A program made the position numbers and the translations under genes. Below are positions 42,650 to 56,399 of a stretch of 64,000 nt of DNA, in pieces. This DNA comes from Eledone cirrhosa (lineage: Eukaryota), in NCBI GenBank assembly GCA_964016885.1, contig OZ024743.1:98952001-99016000 (forward strand), in the 5' to 3' direction. The notes under the pieces were generated by a model. The model saw only the letters and a program-made list of their open reading frames with translations, did not search any database and was not told the DNA's origin. Each line of letters begins with the position of its first letter. The first letter of the stretch is position 1.

Positions 42650-45120
42650 ACTATCTTCTGCTCTACAATCTCTCCTGTTTACAGCATACATCAACTATCT
42701 CCTGCTCTACAATCTCTCCTGTTTGCAGCATACATCAACTACCTGCTGCTTTACAATCTCTCCTCTTTACAGCATACATCAACTACCTTGTGCTCTACAA
42801 TCTCTCCTCTTTACAGCATACATCAACTATCTACTGCTCTACAATCTCTCCTGTTTACAGCATACATCAACTACCTCCTGCTCTACAATCTCTGCTGTTT
42901 ACAGCATACATCAACTACCTTCTGCCCTACAATCTCTCCTGTTTACAGCATACATCAACTACGTTCTGCTCTACAATCTCTCCTCTTTACAGCATACATC
43001 AAATATCTTCTGCTCTACAATCTCTCCAGTTTACAACATACATCAAATACCTGCTGCTCTAGAATCTCTCCTCTTTACAGCATACATCAACTACCTTCTG
43101 CTCTACAATCTCCCCTGTTTACAGCATACATCAACTACCTTCTGCCCTACAATCTCTCCTGTTTACAGCATACATCAACTACCTTCTGCTCTACAATCTC
43201 TCCTGTTTACAACATACATCAACTACCTTCTGTTCTACAATCTCTCCTCTTTACAGCATACATCAACTATCTTCTGCTCTACAATCTCTCCTGTTTACAG
43301 CATACATCAACTATCTCCTGCTCTACAATCTCTCCTATTTACAGCATACATCAACTACCTTCTGCTCTACAACCTCTCCTGTTTACAGCATACATCAACT
43401 ACCTTCTGCTCTACAATCTCTCCTATTTACAACATACATCAACTACCTTCTGCTCTACAATCTCTCCTGTTTACAGCATACATCAACTACCTTCTGCTCT
43501 ACAACCTCTCCTATTTACAACATACATCAACTCCCTTCTGCTCTACAATCTCTCCTGTTTACAGTATACATCAACTACCTTCTGCCCTACAATCTCTCCT
43601 GTTTACAGCATACATCAACTACCTACTGCTCTACAATCTCTCCTGTTTACAGCATACATCAACTACCTGCTGCTCTACAACCTCTCCTGTTTACAGCATA
43701 CATCAACTACCTGCTGCTCTACAATCTCTCCTGTTTACAGCATACATCAACAACCTGCTGGTCTACAATCTCTCCTGTTTACAGCATAAATTAACTACCT
43801 CCTGCTCTACAATCTTTCCTGTTTACAGCATACATCAACTACCTTCTGCTCTACAATCTCTCCTCTTTACAGCATACATCAACTACCTTCTGCTCTACAA
43901 TCTCTCCTGTTTACAGCATACATCAACTATCTTCTGCTCTACAATCTCTCCTATTTACAGCATACATCAACTACCTTCTGCTCTACAATCTCTCCTGTTT
44001 ACAGCATACATCAACTACCTTCTGCTCTACAATCGCTCCTGTTTACAGCATAAATTAACTATCTTCTGCTCTACAATCTCTCCTGTTTACAGCATACATC
44101 AACTACCTTCTGCTCTACAACCTCTCTTCTTTACAGCATACATCAACTACCTTCTGCTCTACAATCCCTCCTGTTTACAGCATACATCAACTACCTTCTG
44201 CTCTACAATCTCTCCTGTTTACAGCATACATCAACTACCTGCTGCTCTACAATCTCTCCTGTTTACAACATACATCAACTACCTGCTGCTCTACAATCTC
44301 TCCTCTTTACAGCATACATCAACTATGTTCTGCTCTACAATCTCTCCTGTTTACAACATACATCAACTCCCTTCTGCTCTACTATCTCCCCTCTTTCCAG
44401 CATACATCAACTACCTTCTGCTCTACAATCTCTCCTCTTTACAGCATACATCAACTACCTTCTGCTCTACAATCTCTCCTCTTTACAGCATACATCAACT
44501 ACCTTCTGCTCTACAATCTTTCCTGTTTACAACATACATCAACTACCTTCTGCTCTACAACCTCTCCTGTTTACAGCATACATCAACTACCTTCTGTTCT
44601 ACAATCTCTCCTCTTTACAGCATAAATCAACTATCTTCTGCTCTACAATATCTCCTGTTTACAGCATACATCAACTATCTCCTGCTCTACAATCTCTCCT
44701 GTTTGCAGCATACATCAACTACCTGCTGCTCTACAATCTCTCCTCTTTACAGCATACATCAACTACCTTGTGCTCTACAATCTCTCCTCTTTACAGCATA
44801 CATCAACTACCTACTGCTCTACAATCTCTCCTGTTTACAGCATACATCAACTACCTCCTGCTCTACAATCTCTCCTGTTTACAGCATACATCAACTACCT
44901 TCTGCCCTACAATCTCTCCTGTTTACAGCATACATCAACTACGTTCTGCTCTACAATCTCTCCTCTTTACAGCATACATCAAATATCTTCTGCTCTACAA
45001 TCTCTCAAGTTTACAACATACATCAACTACCTGCTGCTCTAGAATCTCTCCTCTTTACAGCATACATCAACTACCTTCTGCTCTACAATCTCTCCTGTTT
45101 ACAGCATACATCAACTACCT
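42650..45120. repeat. Recurrent ~10-monomer cassette, offset 1980 bp (45x44)
   Basis: The ordered variant string TATCTCC..TTTGCAG / CCTTGTG / CCTCCTG / GCCCTAC / TACGTT / AAATATC..AGTTT / CTAGA occurs with GTG at 42788 and 44768. Related copies lie near 38214, 50884, 53084 and 55680. Confidence 0.75.
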
Positions 45121-48100
45121 TCTGCTCTACAATCTCTCCTGTTTACAGCATACATCAACTACCTTGTGCTCTACAATCTCTCCTGTTTACAGCATACATC
45201 AGCTATCTTATGCTCTACAATCTCTCCTGTTTACAGCATACATCAACTACCTGCTGTTCTACAATCTCTCCTCTTTACAACATACATCAACTACCTGCTG
45301 CTCTACAATCTCTCCTGTTTACAGCATACATCAACTACCTGCTGTTCTACAATCTCTCCTCTTTACAACATACATCAACTACCTGCTGCTCTACAATCTC
45401 TCCTGTTTACAACATACATCAACTACCTGCTGTTCTACAATCTCTCCTCTTTACAGCATACATCAACTACCTACTGCTCTACAATCTCTCCTCTTTACAG
45501 CATACATCAACTACCTGCTGCTCTACAACCTCTCCTGTTTACAGCATACATCAACTACCTTCTGCTCTACAATCTCTCCTGTTTACAGCATACATCAACT
45601 ACCTTCTGCCCTACAATCTCTCTTGTTTACAGCATACATCAACTACCTTCTGCTCTACAATCTCTCCTCTTTACAGCATACATCAACTACGTTCTGCTCT
45701 ACAATCTCTCCTCTTTACAGCATACATCAAATATCTTCTGCTCTACAATCTCTCCAGTTTACAACATACATCAACTACCAGCTGCTCTAGAATCTCTCCT
45801 CTTTACAGCATACATCAACTATTTTCTGCTCTACAATCTCTCCTGTTTACAGCATACATGAACTACCTTCTGCTCTACAATCTCTCCTGTTTACAACATA
45901 CATCAACTACCTTCTGTTCTACAATCTCTCCTCTTTACAGCATACATCAACTATCTTCTGCTCTACAATCTCTCCTGTTTACAGCATACATCAACTATCT
46001 CCTGCTCTACAATCTCTCCTATTTACAACATACATCAACTACCTTCTGCTCTACAATCTCTCCTGTTTACAGCATACATCAACTACCTTCTGCTCTACAA
46101 CCTCTCCTATTTACAACATACATCAACTACCTTCTGCTCTACAATCTCTCCTGTTTACAGTATACATCAACTACCTTCTGCCCTACAATCTCTCCTGTTT
46201 ACAGCATACATCAACTACCTACTGCTCTACAATCTCTCCTGTTTACAGCATACATCAACTACCTGCTGCTCTACAATCTCTCCTGTTTACAGCATACATC
46301 AACTACCTGCTGCTCTACAATCTCTCCTGTTTACAGCATACATCAACAACCTGCTGGTCTACAATCTCTCCTGTTTACAGCATAAATTAACTACCTCCTG
46401 CTCTACAATCTTTCCTGTTTACAGCATACATCAACTACCTGCTGCTCTACAATCTCTCCTCTTTACAGCATACATCAACTACCTTCTGCTCTACAATCTC
46501 TCCTGTTTACAGCATACATCAACTAACTTCTGCTCTACAATCTCTCCTATTTACAGCATACATCAACTACCTGCTGGTCTACAATCTCTCCTGTTTACAG
46601 CATAAATTAACTACCTCCTGCTCTACAATCTTTCCTGTTTACAGCATACATCAACTACCTTCTGCTCTACAATCTCTCTTGTTTACAGCATACATCAACT
46701 ACCTTCTGCTCTACAATCTCTCCTCTTTACAGCATACATCAACTATCTTCTGCTCTATAATCTCTCCTGTTTACAGCATACATCAACTACCTTCTGCTCT
46801 ACAACCTCTCCTCTTTACAGCATACATCAACTACATTCTGCTCTACAACCTCTCCTGTTTACAGCATACATCAACTACCTCCTGCTCTACAATCTCTCCT
46901 CTTTACAGCATACATCAACTACCTTCTGCTCTACAATCTCTCCTCTTTACAGCATACATCAACTATCTTCTGCTCTACAATCTCTCCTCTTTACAGCATA
47001 CATCAACTATCTTCTGCTCTACAATCTCTCCTCTTTACAGCATACATCAACTATCTCCTGCTCTACAATCTCTCCTCTTTACAGCATACATCAACTACCT
47101 TCTGCTCTACAATCTCTCCTGTTTACAGCATACATCAACTACCTTCTGCTCTACAATCTCTCCTCTTTACAGCATACATCAACTACCTTCTGCTCTACAA
47201 TCTCTCCACTTTACAGCATACATCAACTATCTTCTGGTCTACAATCTCTCCTCTTTACAGCATACATCAACTACCTTCTGCTCTACAACCTCTCCTGTTT
47301 ACAGCATACATCAACTACCTGCTGCTCTACAACCTCTCCTGTTTACAGCATACATCAACTACCTGCTGCTCTAGAATCTCTCCTCTTTACAGGATACATC
47401 AACTACCTGCTGCTCTACAACCTCTCCTGTTTACAGCATACATCAACTACCTGCTGCTCTAGAATCTCTCCTCTTTACAGCATACATCAACTACCTGCTG
47501 CTCTACAACCTCTCCTATTTACAACATACATCAACTATCTTCTGCTCTACAATCCCTCCTGTTTACAGCATACATCAACTACCTTCTGCTCTACAATCTC
47601 TCCTCTTCACAGCATACATCAACTACCTTCTGCTCAACAATCTCTCCTGTTTACAACATACATCAACTACCTTCTGCTCTACAATCTCTCCTCTTCACAG
47701 CATACATCAACTACCTTCTGCTCTACAATCTCTCCTGTTTACAGCATACATCAACTACCTTCTGCTCTACAACGTCTCCTCTTTACAGCATACATCAACT
47801 ACCTTCTGCTCTACAACCTCTCCTCTTTACAGCATACATCAACTACCTTCTGCTCTACAATCCCTCCTGTTTACAGCATACATCATCTACCTTCTGCTCT
47901 ACAATCCCTCCTCTTTACAACATACATCAACTACCTGCTGCTCTACAATCTCTCCTCTTTACAGCATACATCAACTACCTTCTGCTCTACAACGTCTCCT
48001 GTTTACAGCATACATCAACTACCTTCTGCTCTACAATCTCTCCTGTTTACAGCATACATCAACTACCTTCTGCTCTACAATCTCTCCTATTTACAGCATA

Positions 48101-51100
48101 CATCAACTACCTGCTGCTCTACAATCTCTCCTCTTTACAGCATACATCAACTACCTTCTGCTCTACAATCCCTCCTGGTTACAACATACATCAACTACCT
48201 TCTGCTCTACAATCCCTCCTGTTTACAACATACATCAACTACCTTCTGCTCTACAACCTCTCCTGTTTACAACATACATCAACTACCTTCTGCTCTACAA
48301 CCTCTCCTGTTTACAACATACATCAACTACCTTCTGCTCTACAATCTCTCCTGTTTACAGCATACATCAACTACCTTCTGCTCTACAACGTCTCCTGTTT
48401 ACAGCATACATCAACTACCTGTTGCTCTACAATCTCTCCTCTTTACAGCATACATCAACTACCTGCTGCTCTACAATCTCTCCTGTTTACAACATACATC
48501 AACTACCTTCTGCTCTACAACCTCTCCTGTTTACAACATACATCAACTACCTTCTGCTCTACAATCTCTCCTATTTACAACATACATCAACTACCTACTG
48601 CTCTACAATCTCTCCTCTTTACAGCATACATCAACTACCTGCTGCTCTACAATCTCTCCTGTTTACAGCATACATCAACTACCTACTGCTCTACAATCTC
48701 TCCTGTTTACAACATACATCAACTACCTTCTGCTCTACAATCCCTCCTGTTTACAGCATACATCAACTACCTTCTGCTCTACAATCCCTCCTGTTTACAG
48801 CATACATCAACTACCTTCTGCTCTACAATCCCTCCTGTTTACAGCATACATCAACTACCTTCTGCTCTACAATCTCTCCTGTTTACAGCATACATCAACT
48901 ACCTTCTGCTCTACAACGTCTCCTGTTTACAGCATACATCATCTACCTTCTGCTCTACAACCTCTCCTCTTTACAGCATACATCAACTACCTTGTGCTCT
49001 ACAATCTCTCCTGTTTACAGCATACATCAACTACCTTGTGCTCTACAATCTCTCCTCTTTACAGCATACATCAACTATCTGCTGCTCTACAATCTCTCCT
49101 GTTTACAGCATACATCAGCTATCTTATGCTCTACAATCTCTCCTGTTTACAGCATACATCAACTACCTGCTGTTCTACAATCTCTCCTCTTTACAACATA
49201 CATCAAATACCTGCTGCTCTACAATCTCTCCTGTTTACAGCATACATCAACTACCTTCTGCTCTACAACGTCTCTTGTTTACAGCATACATCAACTACCT
49301 TCTGCTCTACAACCTCTCCTTTTTACAGCATACACCAACTCCCTTCTGCTCTACAATCCCTCCTGTTTACAGCATACATCAACTACCTCCTGCTCTACAA
49401 TCCCTCCTCTTTACAGCATACATCAACTATCTTCTGCTCTACAATCTCTCCTGTTTACAGCATACATCAACTACCTTGTGCTCTACAATCTCTCCTCTTT
49501 ACAGCATACATCAACTATCTTCTGCTCTACAATCTCTCCTGTTTACAGCATACATCAGCTATCTTATGCTCTACAATCTCTCCTGTTTACAGCATACATC
49601 AACTACCTGCTGTTCTACAATCTCTCCTCTTTAAAACATACATCAACTACCTGCTGCTCTACAATCTCTCCTGTTTACAGCATACATCAACTACCTTCTG
49701 CTCTACAATCTCTCCTGTTTACAGCATACATCAACTATCTTCTGCTCTACAATCTCTCCTGTTTACAGCATACATCAACTACCTGCTGTTCTACAATCTC
49801 TCCTCTTTACAACATACATCAACTACCTGCTGCTGTACAATCTCTCCTCTTTACAGCATACATCAACTACCTGCTGTTCTACAATCTCTCCTCTTTACAA
49901 CATACATCAACTACCTGCTGCTCTACAATCTCTCCTGTTTACAACATACATCAACTACCTGCTGTTCTACAATCTCTCCTCTTTACAACATACATCAACT
50001 ACCTGCTGCTCTACAATCTCTCCTGTTTACAACATACATCAACTACCTACTGCTCTACAATCTCTCCTCTTTACAGCATACATCAACTACCTGCTGCTCT
50101 ACAACCTCTCCTGTTTACAGCATACATCAACTACCTTCTGCTCTACAATCTCTCCTGTTTACAGCATACATCAACTACCTTCTGCCCTACAATCTCTCTT
50201 GTTTACAGCATACATCAACTACCTTCTGCTCTACAATCTCTCCTCTTTACAGCATACATCAAATATCTTCTGCTCTACAATCTCTCCTTTTTACAACATA
50301 CATCAACTACCTGCTGCTCTACAATCTCTCCTCTTTACAGCATACATCAACTATCTTCTGCTCTACAATCTCTCCTGTTTACAACATACATCAACTCCCT
50401 TCTGCTCTACTATCTCCCCTCTTTCCAGCATACATCAACTACCTTCTGCTCTACAATCTCTCCTCTTTACAGCATACATCAACTACCTTCTGCTCTACAA
50501 TCTCTCCTCTTTAGAGCATACATCAACTACCTTCTGCTCTACAATCTTTCCTGTTTACAACATACATCAACTACCTTCTGCTCTACAATCTCTCCTGTTT
50601 ACAGCATACATCAACTATCTTCTGCTCTACAATCTCTCCTGTTTACAGCATACATCAACTACCCTCTGCTCTACAACCTCTCCTGTTTACAGCATACATC
50701 AACTACCTTCTGTTCTACAATCTCTCCTCTTTACAGCATACATCAACTATCTTCTGCTCTACAATCTCTCCTGTTTACAGCATACATCAACTATCTCCTG
50801 CTCTACAATCTCTCCTGTTTGCAGCATACATCAACTACCTGCTGCTCTACAATCTCTCCTCTTTACAGCATACATCAACTACCTTGTGCTCTACAATCTC
50901 ACCTCTTTACAGCATACATCAACTACCTACTGCTCTACAATCTCTCCTGTTTACAACATACATCAACTACCTTCTGCTCTACAATCTCTCCTGTTTACAG
51001 CATACATCAACTACCTTCTGCCCTACAATCTCTCCTGTTTACAGCATACATCAACTACGTTCTGCTCTACAATCTCTCCTCTTTACAGCATACATCAAAT

Positions 51101-54100
51101 ATCTTCTGCTCTACAATCTCTCCAGTTTACAACATACATCAACTACCTGCTGCTCTAGAATCTCTCCTCTTTACAGCATACATCAACTACCTTCTGCTCT
51201 ACAATCTCTCCTGTTTACAGCATACATCAACTACCTTCTGCCCTACAATCTCTCCTGTTTACAGCATACATTAACTACCTTCTGCTCTACAATCTCTCCT
51301 GTTTACAACATACATCATCTACCTTCTGTTCTACAATCTCTCCTCTTTACAGCATACATCAACTATCTTCTGCTCTACAATCTCTCCTGTTTACAGCATA
51401 CATCAACTATCTCCTGCTCTACAATCTCTCCTATTTACAACATACATCAACTACCTCCTGCTCTACAATCTCTCCTGTTTACAGCATACATCAACTACCT
51501 TCTGCTCTACAACCTCTACTATTTACAACATACATCAACTACCTTCTGCTCTACAATCTCTCCTGTTTACAGCATACATCAACTACCTACTGCTCTACAA
51601 TCTCTCCTGTTTACAGCATACATCAAGTACCTGCTGCTCTACAATCTCTCCTGTTTACAGCATACATCAACTACCTGCTGCTCTTCAATCTCTCCTGTTT
51701 ACAGCATACATCAAAAACCTGCTGGTTTACAATCTCTCCTGTTTACAGCATAAATTAACTACCTCCTGCTCTACAATCTTTCCTGTTTACAGCATACATC
51801 AACTACCTGCTGCTCTACAATCTCTCCTCTTTACAGCATACATCAACTACCCTCTGCTCTACAATCTCTCCTGTTTACAGCATACATCAACTAACTTCTG
51901 CTCTACAATCTCTCCTGTTTACAGCATACATCAACTACCTGCTGGTCTACAATCTCTCCTGTTTACAGCATAAATTAACTACCTCCTGCTCTACAATCTT
52001 TCCTGTTTACAGCATACATCAACTACCTTCTGCTCTACAATCTCTCCTGTTTACAGCATACATCAACTACCTTCTGCTCTACAATCTCTCCTCTTTACAG
52101 CATACATCAACTACCTTCTGTTCTACAATCTCTCCTCTTTACAGCATACATCAACTACATTCTGCTCTACAACCTCTCCTGTTTACAGCATACATCAACT
52201 ACCTCCTGCTCTACAATCTCTCCTCTTTACAGCATACATCAACTACCTTCTGCTCTACAATCTCTCCTCTTTACAGCATACATCAACTATCTTCTGCTCT
52301 ACAATCTCTCCTCTTTACAGCATACATCAAATATCTCCTGCTCTACAATCTCTCCTGTTTACAGCATACATCAACTACCATCTGCTCTACAATCTCTCCT
52401 CTTTACAGCATACATCAACTACCTTCTGCTCTACAATCTCTCCACTTTACAGCATACATCAACTATCTTCTGCTCTACAATCTCTCCTCTTTACAGCATA
52501 CATCAACTAACTTCTGCTCTACAATCTCTCCTATTTACAGCATACATCAACTACCTGCTGGTCTACAATCTCTCCTGTTTACAGCATAAATTAACTACCT
52601 CCTGCTCTACAATCTTTTCTGTTTAAAGCATACATCAACTACCTGCTGCTCTACAATCTCTCCTCTTTACAGCATACATCAACTACCTTCTGCTCTACAA
52701 TCTCTCCTGTTTACAGCATACATCAACTAACTGCTGCTCTACAATCTCTCCTATTTACAGCATACATCAACTACCTTCTGCTCTACAATCTCTCCTTTTT
52801 ACAGCATAAATTAACTACCTGCTGCTCTACAATCTTTCCTGTTTACAGCATACATCAACTACCTTCTGCTCTACAACCTCTCCTGTTTACAGCATACATC
52901 AACTACCTTCTGTTCTACAATCTCTCCTCTTTACAGCATACATCAACTATCTTCTGCTCTACAATCTCTCCTGTTTACAGCATACATCAACTATCTCCTG
53001 CTCTACAATCTCTCCTGTTTGCAGCATACATCAACTACCTGCTGCTCTACAATCTCTCCTCTTTACAGCATACATCAACTACCTTGTGCTCTACAATCTC
53101 ACCTCTTTACAGCATACATCAACTACCTACTGCTCTACAATCTCTCCTGTTTACAGCATACATCAACTACCTTCTGCTCTACAATCTCTCCTGTTTACAG
53201 CATACATCAACTACGTTCTGCTCTACAATCTCTCCTCTTTACAGCATACATCAACTATCTTCTGCTCTATAATCTCTCCTGTTTACAGCATACATCAACT
53301 ACCTTCTGCTCTACAACCTCTCCTCTTTACAGCATACATCAACTACCTTCTGCTCTACAACCTCTCCTGTTTACAGTATACATCAACTACCTTCTGCTCT
53401 ACAACCTCTCCTCTTTACAGCATACATCAACTACCTTCTGCTCTACAACCTCTCCTGTTTACAGCACACATCAACTACCTTCTGCTCTACAACCTCTCCT
53501 CTTTACAGCATACATCAACTACCTTCTGCTCTACAACCTCTCCTCTTTATAGCATACATCAACTACCTTCTGCTCTACAACCTCTCCTGTTTACAGCATA
53601 CATCAACTACCTCCTGCTCTACAATCTCTCCTGTTTACAGCATATATCAACTACCTTCTGCTCTACAATCTCTCCTCTTTACAGCATACATCAACTATCT
53701 TCTGCTCTACAATCTCTCCTCTTTACAGCATACATCAACTATCTCCTGCTCTACAATCTCTCCTGTTTACAGCATACATCAACTACCTTCTGCTATACAA
53801 TCTCTCCTCTTTACAGCATACATCAACTACCTTCTGCTCTACAATCTCTCCACTTTACAGCATACATCAACTATCTTCTGCTCTACAATCTCTCCTCTTT
53901 ACAGCATACATCAACTACCTTCTGCTCTACAACCTCTCCTGTTTACAGCATACATCAACTACCTGCTGCTCTACAACCTCTCCTGTTTACAGCATACATC
54001 AACTACCTGCTGCTCTAGAATCTCTCCTCTTTACAGCATACATCAACTACCTTCTGCTCTACAACCTCTCCTATTTACAACATACATCAACTACCTTCTG

Positions 54101-56399
54101 CTCTACAATCTCTCCTGTTTACAGCATACATCAACTACCTTCTGCTCTACAATCTCTCCTGTTTACAGCATACATCAACTACCTTCTGCTCTACAATCTC
54201 TCCTCTTTACAGCATACATCAACTACCTTCTGCTCTACAACCTCTCCTATTTACAACATACATCAACTACCTTCTGCTCTACAATCTCTCCTGTTTACAG
54301 CATACATCAACTACCTTCTGCTCTACAATCTCTCCTGTTTACAGCATACATCAACTACCTCCTGCTCTACAATCTCTCCTGTTTACAGCATACATCAACT
54401 ACCTTCTGCTCTACAATCTCTCCTGTTTACAGCATACATCAACTACCTTCTGCTCTACAATCTCCCCTGTTTACAGCATACATCAACTACCTTCCGCTCT
54501 ACAATCTCCACTGTTTAGAGCATACATCAACTACCTTCTGCTCTACAACCTCTCCTCTTTACAGCATACATCAACTATCTTCTGCTCTACAATCTCTCCT
54601 GTTTACAGCATACATCAACTACCTGCTGCTCTACAATCTCTCCTCTTTACAGCATACATCAACTACCTTCTGCTCTACAATCTCTCCTGTTTACAGCATA
54701 CATCAACTACCTTCTGCTCTACAATCTCTCCTGTTTACAGCATACATCAACTACCTTCTGCTCTACAATCTCTCCTCTTTACAGCATACATCAACTATCT
54801 TCTGCTCTACAATCTCTCCTGTTTACAGCATACATCAACTACCTTGTGCTCTACAATCTCTACTGTTTACAGCATACATCAGCTATCTTATGCTCTACAA
54901 TCTCTCCTGTTTACAGCATACATCAACTACCTGCTGTTCTACAATCTCTCCTCTTTACAACATACATCAACTACCTGCTGCTCTACAATCTCTCCTGTTT
55001 ACAACATACATCAACTACCTGCTGTTCTACAATCTCTCCTCTTTACAGCATACATCAACTACCTACTGCTCTACAATCTCTCCTCTTTACAGCATACATC
55101 AACTACCTGCTGCTCTACAACCTCTCCTGTTTACAGCATACATCAACTACCTTCTGCTCTACAATCTCTCCTGTTTACAGCATACATCAACTACCTTCTG
55201 CCCTACAATCTCTCTTGTTTATAGCATACATCAACTACCTTCTGCTCTACAATCTCTCCTCTTTACAGCATACATCAACTACCTTCTGCTCTACAATCTC
55301 TCCTCGTTACAGCATACATCAACTACCTTCTGCTCTACAATCTTTCCTGTTTACAACATACATCAACTACCTTCTGCTCTACAATCTCTCCTGTTTACAG
55401 CATACATCAACTATCTTCTGCTCTACAATCTCTCCTGTTTACAGCATACATCAACTACCTTCTGCTCTACAACCTCTCCTGTTTACAGCATACATCAACT
55501 ACCTTCTGTTCTACAATCTCTCCTCTTTACAGCATACATCAACTATCTTCTGCTCTACAATCTCTCCTGTTTACAGCATACATCAACTATCTCCTGCTCT
55601 ACAATCTCTCCTGTTTGCAGCATACATCAACTACCTGCTGCTCTAGAATCTCTCCTCTTTACAGCATACATCAACTACCTTGTGCTCTACAATCTCACCT
55701 CTTTACAGCATACATCAACTACCTACTGCTCTACAATCTCTCCTGTTTACAGCATACATCAACTACCTTCTGCTCTACAATCTCTCCTGTTTACAGCATA
55801 CATCAACTACGTTCTGCTCTACAATCTCTCCTCTTTACAGCATACATCAAATATCTTCTGCTCTACAATCTCTCCAGTTTACAACATACATCAACTATCT
55901 GCTGCTCTAGAATCTCTCCTCTTTACAGCATACATCAACTACCTTGTGCTCTACAATCTCTCCTGTTTACAGCATACATCAACTACCTTCTGCCCTACAA
56001 TCTCTCCTGTTTACAACATACATCAACTACCTTCTGTTCTACAATCTCTCCTCTTTACAGCATACATCAACTATCTTCTGCTCTACAATCTCTCCTGTTT
56101 ACAGCATACATCAACTATCTCCTGCTCTACAATCTCTCCTATTTACAACATACATCAACTACCTTCTGCTCTACAATCTCTCCTGTTTACAGCATACATC
56201 AACTACCTTCTGCTCTACAACCTCTCCTATTTACAACATACATCAACTACCTTCTGCTCTACAATCTCTCCTGTTTACAGTATACATCAACTACCTTCTG
56301 CCCTACAATCTCTCCTGTTTACAGCATGCATCAACTACCTACTGCTCTACAATCTCTCCTGTTTACAGCATACATCAACTACCTGCTGCTCTACAATCT

